Part shown: positions 47,556-54,436 of the stretch, one piece after another
How positions within the stretch are numbered: the first letter of the stretch is position 1
Layout of the letters: each line of letters begins with the position of its first letter
DNA from: Methyloceanibacter sp.
GTDB taxonomy: Bacteria > Pseudomonadota > Alphaproteobacteria > Rhizobiales > Methyloligellaceae
Assembly (NCBI GenBank): GCA_052039105.1
Contig: JBQGDO010000100.1
Location: 10,701-74,700 of the forward strand
Direction: 5' to 3'
Length of the DNA stretch: 64,000 bases
Notes under the pieces: model-generated
Told to the model about the DNA's origin: nothing
What the model saw: the letters and a program-made list of their open reading frames with translations, nothing else
Database searches by the model: none
Position numbers and translations under genes: made by a program

Positions 47556-47931
47556 GCACGAGCAGCGCCGCGGCGAGCGCGGCGAGGCGCGTGTTGTAGA
47601 GCACGAGACCGAGTAGCGCGAAGACGATGCCCACTCCGAACATGACCGCGTTCGGCCGCCACAACTGTATCAGCGCGGCAATCAGCGCCACCGAACCATA
47701 GACGCCATATACGAACAGCATGATCACGCCGAGCCGAAGCCGGCAGCCGAGGTCCCCCTCTTCCGCGGCTTCGCAGGCGATGCCGATTTCGCTGTTTTGG
47801 ATGATGCCGTAGCGGAGCCAAAGCGCGGCACCAAGCGCCGCAAGGCCGAGACCGGCGGTGACCGCAGCGGCGCGCTTGGAAGGCAAAAATAGCTTTGCGG
47901 CGGCGGGTTGAGACTTCGTGCTCGGGTCCAT
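47521..47931 (-). CDS. Hypothetical membrane protein with a periplasmic Cys pair
   Basis: 3-4 TM, LRYGIIQ...C....C.LR; overlaps the 3' end of the convergent gene. Confidence 0.65.
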   Translation of the reverse strand: MDPSTKSQPAAAKLFLPSKRAAAVTAGLGLAALGAALWLRYGIIQNSEIGIACEAAEEGDLGCRLRLGVIMLFVYGVYGSVALIAALIQLWRPNAVMFGVGIVFALLGLVLYNTRLAALAAALLVLSLARPWPAGR

Positions 47932-48060
47932 GGTGAAGCGCCTCTTAAGCCAGGAACGCGCTTCCGTCACCTGCCGGACCCATCATCGTTAGGAAGCTCT
48001 TTGAACCATTACAAAAAAGGACCAGAATGGGCCTAGACCTTGAGATGGGGAGGCGCGCCC

Positions 48061-49611
48061 ATGGCGAGCACCACTGCAAGGCTCCAGCGGCAGGTGCAGT
48101 TGCCGCAATATGTCGTTGACCTCGTCGCGGATGAATTGCGGACCGCGAAGGGGGAGCATGTGGAGTTGCGCCCGCGCTCCTTGGCCGTACTGCGTCTCCT
48201 CGCCGAACACGCCGGCCGCCTCGTCACCAAAGACGACCTCATCGCCAAGGTCTGGGACGACGTCGCCGTCACTGAGGATTCCCTCACCCAATGCATCGCC
48301 GATATTCGCAGGGCCATCGGCGACGAGGAGCGGCGCGTGCTGCGCACCATGCCGCGCAAGGGATACATGTTGGTGCCGGCGCAACGCCGTGCGCTTCTTC
48401 CCGGCCGTGCGCCGGATTTTCCTTCCCTCGCCATCATGCCTTTCCTGTCGATCGGAGAAGATTGCGGACCCGTGATGCTGGGTACAGGCGTGGCGAGCGA
48501 AATCATCAACGAACTGGCTCGCAATCGGGACCTCCGCTTGATTGGCCGCGATTCCTCCTTCGCATTGGGCGATCAGAATCTGATGGCGCAGGAGGTCGGC
48601 GAGCAGCTTGGCGCACGCTATCTGGTCGAAGGCACGACCCAGCGTATCGAGGACACAATTACCGTCGACGTGCAGCTTGTCGACACGCGCGACGGCAGCA
48701 TCGCCTGGGGCGATCGCTTCTCCGCTGAAGCGCCGAACGTGCTTCACGTGCAGCACGAGATCGCAACCAGGATCGCCGTAAGCGTGCATTCTGGCATACG
48801 CGCAGTTGAGAAGCAGGCCATCCTGGGGGCACCCCCGCGCGACCTCGACGTCTACGAACTGACACTGCGCGGTATCGCGCGCAAGCACTTATTCAGTGGC
48901 GAGGCGACACGCGCCGGAAGAGCCGATCTCGAAGAGGCGATCCGCCGCGATCCAAACTACGCGCCGGCCTATGCCTATCTCGGCTGGCTCAACCTGATCG
49001 ACTTGTTGCTGGGACTGACCGGCGAATGGGGCCCTTCCAGGCTCGGCGAGGTGATCGGTCAATTCAATCGCGCCATCGAGCTCGATTCCAGCTTGTCGTC
49101 GGCCCATCAAGGCTTGAGCCAGGCCCTGATCCACGCGGGCGACATCGAGCGAGCGGTCGCGGTGGGACGGCGCGGAGTCGAACTCGGGCCAAGCGATGCC
49201 GATGCGCTTTTGTTCCTCGCAGTTGTCCTGTTCGAGTCGGGAGCGCTCGGCGAGGCGCTGGAGCTGGCCGACAAGGCAATCAATCTCAATCCGCTCAGAC
49301 CGGCCTACTACTGCTTCTTCCACGCCATGATCCTGTGGGGCAATAAGCGCTATCAGGAGTCGTTGGGAGAATTTGAGGAGTGCCTGCGCAGCGCGCCGAA
49401 CTTCCGCGGCGCGGACACCTACCGCGTGATGTGCCTTGCCGGACTCCGTCGCCTCGACGAGGCCAAGAAGCTGCTGGCGCGATTGATGGCAAGTCCCAGT
49501 GGACTCCTGGTGCTTGCGCCGAAGCCGCCCGAGCTCGCCAGCCGCGCGCTGGCTCAGCTGCACGAGGCCGGCTGGCGGCCAACCCTGGCGACGGAACGCA
49601 AAGCCGTCTAA
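48061..49611 (+). CDS. Transcriptional regulator: OmpR-type winged helix + TolB-like + TPR
   Basis: LRPRSLAVL..L...GRLVTKDDLI..VW...VTEDSLTQCIADIRRA, T.PRKGY; SLAIMPF; RYLVEGT; TPRs (AIRRDPNYA, AIELDSS, GVELGPS, AINLNP). Confidence 0.9.
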   Translation: MASTTARLQRQVQLPQYVVDLVADELRTAKGEHVELRPRSLAVLRLLAEHAGRLVTKDDLIAKVWDDVAVTEDSLTQCIADIRRAIGDEERRVLRTMPRKGYMLVPAQRRALLPGRAPDFPSLAIMPFLSIGEDCGPVMLGTGVASEIINELARNRDLRLIGRDSSFALGDQNLMAQEVGEQLGARYLVEGTTQRIEDTITVDVQLVDTRDGSIAWGDRFSAEAPNVLHVQHEIATRIAVSVHSGIRAVEKQAILGAPPRDLDVYELTLRGIARKHLFSGEATRAGRADLEEAIRRDPNYAPAYAYLGWLNLIDLLLGLTGEWGPSRLGEVIGQFNRAIELDSSLSSAHQGLSQALIHAGDIERAVAVGRRGVELGPSDADALLFLAVVLFESGALGEALELADKAINLNPLRPAYYCFFHAMILWGNKRYQESLGEFEECLRSAPNFRGADTYRVMCLAGLRRLDEAKKLLARLMASPSGLLVLAPKPPELASRALAQLHEAGWRPTLATERKAV

Positions 49612-49637
49612 CCCGTCGGCGCCGGCTTTCCCCCAAC

Positions 49638-49690
49638 TTCAGAAACTTTCAGCGGCCTTTCAGGACCTTGGGCGAGGTCTTTTCTAGACT
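49638..49690 (+). promoter_or_regulatory. Triple TTCAG direct-repeat box with -10 element (copy 1)
   Basis: TTCAG at 49638, 49648, 49659, then GACCTT; TAGACT at 49685. Confidence 0.75.
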
Positions 49691-49764
49691 CGTGCTCATG
49701 GCGCGGGCCCGTGCCTCTCATAAGCCCTCCATCCCGGCGGGCTCAGCAATGTGAGGACACCGCC

Positions 49765-49941
49765 ATGAAAACGCTTGTTACCGCCATCGCTCTGGTTGTC
49801 GGCATCATCGCCGCCAACGGATCGGCCTCGGCTCGTTCTGACAGCCCGTTCTATCCGGAGAATTTCACCAATCAGCACCCTCCCGTTCCGGTCATCGGCG
49901 CGGGCAGCGGAATCCCGGCGCCATACCGCCTGGGCGACTAA
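49765..49941 (+). CDS. Small secreted Pro/Gly-rich peptide (58 aa precursor)
   Basis: MKTLVTAIALVVGIIAANGSASA-RSDSPFYPENF...; RBS GAGGA. Confidence 0.75.
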   Translation: MKTLVTAIALVVGIIAANGSASARSDSPFYPENFTNQHPPVPVIGAGSGIPAPYRLGD

Positions 49942-50020
49942 CGACATGGGGAGCCTTTGGCGCCAATCCGCAGCGCCTCGGGCTCCCCTTTTCCGCCAAG
50001 TAAACCCGAGGAGCTTGGCC

Positions 50021-50209
50021 ATGCCGTCCGCGATTGTGGCCGCCCTTCTTGCCTTTATGGCTTGCGCGCTTGGGGCCTCCGTCGAGGCTGAGGCGGCAGT
50101 GAAAAGTGCTTGCCCTGAGTTCGGGCGTCCCTGTGAGTGCTCGTGGCACGTCCGCGATTGCCTGCCGGTGTGTTACATCGACCTACGGATCGAATGCTCA
50201 CCGATTTAG
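50021..50209 (+). CDS. Small secreted 6-Cys peptide (62 aa precursor)
   Basis: MPSAIVAALLAFMACALGASVEAEA-AVKSACPEFGRPCECSWHVRDCLPVCYIDLRIECSPI; RBS GAGGAG. Confidence 0.7.
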   Translation: MPSAIVAALLAFMACALGASVEAEAAVKSACPEFGRPCECSWHVRDCLPVCYIDLRIECSPI

Positions 50210-50238
50210 CGGCTTGGGGCACACGAGCGGCTGTCGAA

Positions 50239-50291
50239 TTCAGAAAATTTCAGACCTCCTTCAGGACCTTCTTCGGCAGCGTCCCTATCGT
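50239..50291 (+). promoter_or_regulatory. Triple TTCAG direct-repeat box with -10 element (copy 2)
   Basis: TTCAG at 50239, 50249, 50260, then GACCTT; TATCGT at 50286. Confidence 0.75.
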
Positions 50292-50358
50292 CGGATGTGG
50301 CGCGAGAAGCGCCGCAAGGGTCGCCAATCTCGGGACCCGCGTCAGAGGAGGAAGCTCA

Positions 50359-50886
50359 ATGCCCACGCTCATGAAAACAATTCCACTTCTCGCCGCAATG
50401 GCGATCATTGGTCTGACCCCGTCCGGAGCGCTCGCAGGTGATGTCAAAGACTCCGGCAGCATCGATGCCGCTTACGTCAAACGCGATGCCCAGCCCATTT
50501 CGGAAGGCCACATGCTCGTTCTGAGCGAGTCGAGTGGCACTAGCGCCAATCCAGGAGGCCTCGTTGATGGTTTCGCAGTGAGCATCAAGGATGTCGTCGA
50601 CCTTCGCCAAGGCAACGGCCCCCAGCAGGGCTATGTGATTTACACCAACGGATCGCACCGGCAGGTCGTCAAAATTGACGGCATGGTGACCACTGTCATG
50701 CAGGACGGGCAGCCGAAAACCACCTTTAAGGGCAAATACACCATCGCTCCCAGCGACGGGACCTTGGGCATCGAGGGCAGTGGCACCTATTCCGGTTATT
50801 TCAAGTCGGAGAACGACTACCACGTCGACTGGGAAGGCACGCGCGCGGTCCAGAAGGACGCCATGAACTCCCCCGGCAAGAACTGA
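50359..50886 (+). CDS. Secreted beta-strand-rich protein of unknown function
   Basis: RBS GAGGAGG, signal peptide ending ALA, Gly/aromatic alternating strands (FKGKYTI, IEGSGTYSG, VDWEGT). Confidence 0.8.
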   Translation: MPTLMKTIPLLAAMAIIGLTPSGALAGDVKDSGSIDAAYVKRDAQPISEGHMLVLSESSGTSANPGGLVDGFAVSIKDVVDLRQGNGPQQGYVIYTNGSHRQVVKIDGMVTTVMQDGQPKTTFKGKYTIAPSDGTLGIEGSGTYSGYFKSENDYHVDWEGTRAVQKDAMNSPGKN

Positions 50887-50922
50887 CCCAAAGCGTGGAA
50901 AAAACGGCCTTTCTCCGCTTCC

Positions 50923-50960
50923 TTTGGCCCCCTCGTCCCAGTGGCAGGGGGCCAAATTTT
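50923..50960 (+). terminator. Hairpin terminator
   Basis: TTTGGCCCCCT...AGGGGGCCAAA followed by TTTT. Confidence 0.65.
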
Positions 50961-51019
50961 AACATTTCGCCCCTAGCCTTCCGGGCGGAGCGCAAGCTCC
51001 CAAAACCGGGCGTCAAATC

Positions 51020-51547
51020 ATGGCAAAGGCGAAGTTTCACAAGTCGCAGCGCGTCTTCGTCAAGCCAGTCGGCACTTGGGCTTATGTCGAAGCCGTCGTG
51101 CCGACCTGGGTTAAGGGCAGCACCGAGCCGTCCAAGATTACCTATGACTGCGGCATGGGGCGGGAATTCGAGCAAGAGGAGCTCGAGGAAGAATCTCTCG
51201 CGCTGCAAAGCAACGCCGCGAATGGCGTCGGCAGCTGGCGCATCCTGCGAGGCCACAACCGCTGGAAGGGTGCCGAACAATGCGGGCATCACCCGCACCC
51301 TGGCACCCACCCCCTGGTCGTGACCACCGAACGCGATTGGGGCGGCTGGCGAGTTCCCGGCGCCGAATACGATCTCGATCCCTATCGCATCGAGCGTCAG
51401 GCCGAGATCATCGTGCGCGCGCCGGTCTTCATGAAGCTTATCGAGGAATTCGTCGAACGGGCCGAGCAGGAACCTGAAAATCTCAGCGACGACATGATTA
51501 AGCTCGCGCAGCTCGCCCGCCGCATCGTCAGCGAAGTTGCCAGCTAG
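51020..51547 (+). CDS. Hypothetical protein
   Basis: Strong GC3 codon bias; Trp-rich (VKPVGTWA, WGGWRVPGAEYD); no function recognised. Confidence 0.8.
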   Translation: MAKAKFHKSQRVFVKPVGTWAYVEAVVPTWVKGSTEPSKITYDCGMGREFEQEELEEESLALQSNAANGVGSWRILRGHNRWKGAEQCGHHPHPGTHPLVVTTERDWGGWRVPGAEYDLDPYRIERQAEIIVRAPVFMKLIEEFVERAEQEPENLSDDMIKLAQLARRIVSEVAS

Positions 51548-51637
51548 CCGCCTCGCAGCAAGAAAAATTCCGGTCAGGACTTGGCATCCCGCGCGCCCTT
51601 GTCTAAGAGCGAAGGCAAGGGGGATGTTCCAAGTTCC

Positions 51638-54289
51638 ATGCAAGAGTCCGTCCGCCAGCCCAAACTCCTCAAGGACTACGCCCCGCCGGCCTATCTGATC
51701 GACGAGGTCGCACTTGACGTGGCGCTCGACCCGAAAGCAAGCCGCGTCGCCTCCAGCCTCAAGATCCGGCCGAACCCTGAAGCGCCACGCGGCGCGCCTC
51801 TCGTCCTCGACGGCGAAAGTCTTGCCCTGCAAAGCGTAACGCTCGACGGCAAACCCCTGGGGCCGGACGATTACACTTTGACGGACCGCTCGCTCACCAT
51901 AGCGCGGGTCCCGTCCGGACCATTCACGCTCGACGTCGTCACGACTTGCGACCCGGAGGCCAACACCGCGCTCTCCGGGCTCTACCGCTCGAGCGGCACC
52001 TATTGCACCCAATGCGAGCCGGAAGGTTTCCGCCGCATCACCTGTTTTGTCGACCGGCCCGACGTGCTGTCCGTCTACACGGTGCGCATCGAAGCAGACC
52101 GCGCGACCGCGCCGGTGCTGCTGTCGAACGGCAATCCGGTGTCGCGAGGAGACATTGCCGACACCGGGCGCCACTTCGCCGTCTGGCACGATCCCTTTCC
52201 CAAGCCCTCATATCTTTTCGCCTTGGTCGGCGGCGACTTGGCGCGGGTGCCGGATCGCTTCGTCACCGCCTCCGGCCGCGAGGTCGATCTCAATATCTAT
52301 GTCGAGCACGGCAAAGAGGACCGCTGCGCCTGGGCCATGGAGTCGCTGAAGCGCGCCATGCGCTGGGATGAGGAGCGCTTCGGCCGGGAATATGATCTCG
52401 ACGTGTTCAACATCGTCGCCGTCAGCGATTTCTATATGGGGGCGATGGAGAACAAGGGCCTCAACTTCTTCAACGACAAGCTCGTGCTGGCGCGGCCCGA
52501 CACGGCAAGCGACGCCGACTACGCCTCGATCGAGAGCGTGATCGCCCATGAATATTTCCACAACTGGACCGGCGACCGCGTCACCTGCCGCGATTGGTTC
52601 CAACTTTGTCTGAAAGAAGGGCTGACGGTGTTCCGCGACGAGGAGTTCACCGCTGACACGCGGCTCGGCCCGGTGCAGCGTGTGGTCGATGTGCGCCTGC
52701 TGAAGACGCATCAATTTCCGGAGGACGCAGGGCCCCTCGCCCATCCCGTGCGGCCCGCCTCCTATATCGAGATCAACAACTTCTACACCTCGACGGTCTA
52801 TGAGAAGGGTGCCGAGCTTTGCCGCATGTTGCAGACCCTACTCGGCCGCGAGGGTTTTCGCAAAGGCCTCGATCTCTATTTCGAGCGGCATGACGGCCAA
52901 GCCGTGACCGTCGAGGATTTCATCGCGGCCATGGCGGATGCCAACGCGCGCGATCTCTCCCAATTCATGCTCTGGTACACCCAAGCCGGCACGCCAGAAC
53001 TTGCCTGCTCGCTCGACTATGACCCGCGCGCCAAGACCGCGCGGCTCTCGGTCAGCCAGGTCGTGCCGCCGACACCGGGCCAGACCAAGAAAGAGCCGAT
53101 GCTGATCCCGCTGAAAGTCGGCCTGATCGGAGCGAACGGCGACGAGCTTCCTTTGAAGCTCGAGGACGGCAAGCCACTCGCCGATGGGCTGCTCGAAGTT
53201 ACCGGGCGCGAGCAGGTGTTCGCCTTCCGCGATATTCCCTCTCCGCCGACGCCATCCCTGCTGCGCGCCTTCTCCGCACCGGTCAGGCTCACCACCAATC
53301 TCGATCCCGCTCAGATCGAGTTCCTGATGATGCACGACACCGACCCGTTCAACCGCTGGCAAGCTGCGCAGACCTGTGCGACCGACCTGCTTACTTCCGC
53401 GGCGAAGAATGGCGGCGATGTCTCGAGGGTCCGAGGCAAGGAGGCGGTGCGTCTCGCCCAGGCGCTCGGCGCCACGGCGAGCGACGAGACCCTGCGTGAA
53501 GCCTATCGCGCCGAGTTCCTCAAACTCCCAAGCGAGTCCGACATCGCGCGCGAGCTTGCCCGCAACGTCGATACCGATGCCGTGCATGGCGCGCGCGAGA
53601 CATTGCGCGCCGCCATCGGTAAAGAGATCCGCGGGACCTTGGCCGAACTCTACGCGCGTACCGCGCCGCGCGGACCCTTCTCGCCCGACCCGCAAAGCGC
53701 CGGCCAGCGCGCGTTACAGAGTGCCGTGCTCGATCTCCTCGTCGGAACCGGTGACCCCGTGGAAATCGCCCGTGCCGAGCGTCATTACCGCGACGCGACC
53801 AACATGACCGACGCCATTGCCGCGCTGTCCATCCTCTCGCATCTCGATGGGCCGGCGCGCGGCGCGCTCGACGATTTCTACGCACGATGGCAGGACGAGC
53901 CCCTGGTGCTCGACAAATGGTTCGCCGTACAGGCGCGGGCGGCACGCCCGCAAGCGGTCGAGACCGTCCAGGCCCTGCTCGCCCACCCGAAATTCTCGCT
54001 GAAGAATCCGAACCGCGTCCGCGCTCTGCTCGGCGGTTTCGCCCACGGCAACCCGACCGCCTTCAATCGCCCGGACGGCGCCGGTTACCGGCTGCTGGCG
54101 GAGCAAGCCCTGCAAATCGACGGCTTCAATCCCCATGTCGCTGCGCGCCTGCTCGGCGCGTTCGAAAGCTGGCACACGCTCGAGCCCAAAAGGCAGGCCC
54201 ACGCCAAGGCCGTGCTGGAAGATCTCGCCGCGCAAAAGCTGTCCACCGACAGCTACGAGATCGTCACGAAGACCCTGGGAGCCAATTAG
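51638..54289 (+). CDS. pepN: Aminopeptidase N (M1 family)
   Basis: TQCEPEGFRRIT, GAMENKGLN, HEYFHNW, YEKGAE, NPNRVR. Confidence 0.97.
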   Translation: MQESVRQPKLLKDYAPPAYLIDEVALDVALDPKASRVASSLKIRPNPEAPRGAPLVLDGESLALQSVTLDGKPLGPDDYTLTDRSLTIARVPSGPFTLDVVTTCDPEANTALSGLYRSSGTYCTQCEPEGFRRITCFVDRPDVLSVYTVRIEADRATAPVLLSNGNPVSRGDIADTGRHFAVWHDPFPKPSYLFALVGGDLARVPDRFVTASGREVDLNIYVEHGKEDRCAWAMESLKRAMRWDEERFGREYDLDVFNIVAVSDFYMGAMENKGLNFFNDKLVLARPDTASDADYASIESVIAHEYFHNWTGDRVTCRDWFQLCLKEGLTVFRDEEFTADTRLGPVQRVVDVRLLKTHQFPEDAGPLAHPVRPASYIEINNFYTSTVYEKGAELCRMLQTLLGREGFRKGLDLYFERHDGQAVTVEDFIAAMADANARDLSQFMLWYTQAGTPELACSLDYDPRAKTARLSVSQVVPPTPGQTKKEPMLIPLKVGLIGANGDELPLKLEDGKPLADGLLEVTGREQVFAFRDIPSPPTPSLLRAFSAPVRLTTNLDPAQIEFLMMHDTDPFNRWQAAQTCATDLLTSAAKNGGDVSRVRGKEAVRLAQALGATASDETLREAYRAEFLKLPSESDIARELARNVDTDAVHGARETLRAAIGKEIRGTLAELYARTAPRGPFSPDPQSAGQRALQSAVLDLLVGTGDPVEIARAERHYRDATNMTDAIAALSILSHLDGPARGALDDFYARWQDEPLVLDKWFAVQARAARPQAVETVQALLAHPKFSLKNPNRVRALLGGFAHGNPTAFNRPDGAGYRLLAEQALQIDGFNPHVAARLLGAFESWHTLEPKRQAHAKAVLEDLAAQKLSTDSYEIVTKTLGAN

Positions 54290-54384
54290 AGTCTCGCTCT
54301 GTCAACGGGTTATTAACCGATTTTCCACAGCTTTGCTCTGGACAGACCCCGCCTTCATCGATTCCAATGAGATGCGGGCGATTC
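54289..54384 (+). promoter_or_regulatory. pleC upstream region: CtrA-like box, DnaA box, three GANTC sites
   Basis: TCAA-N7-TTAACC 54302-54318; TTTTCCACA 54321-54329; GANTC at 54289, 54360, 54380. Confidence 0.6.
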
Positions 54385-54436
54385 GGAGATGCGGCACTTC
54401 TCCGGCTCGATGCAGGGGAAGTCAGAGGGGGACCGA

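Noticed and set aside
49775-50209. Single 144-aa ORF from the ORF track
   Set aside because: Better explained as two small genes (49765-49941 and 50021-50209), each with its own RBS and signal peptide.
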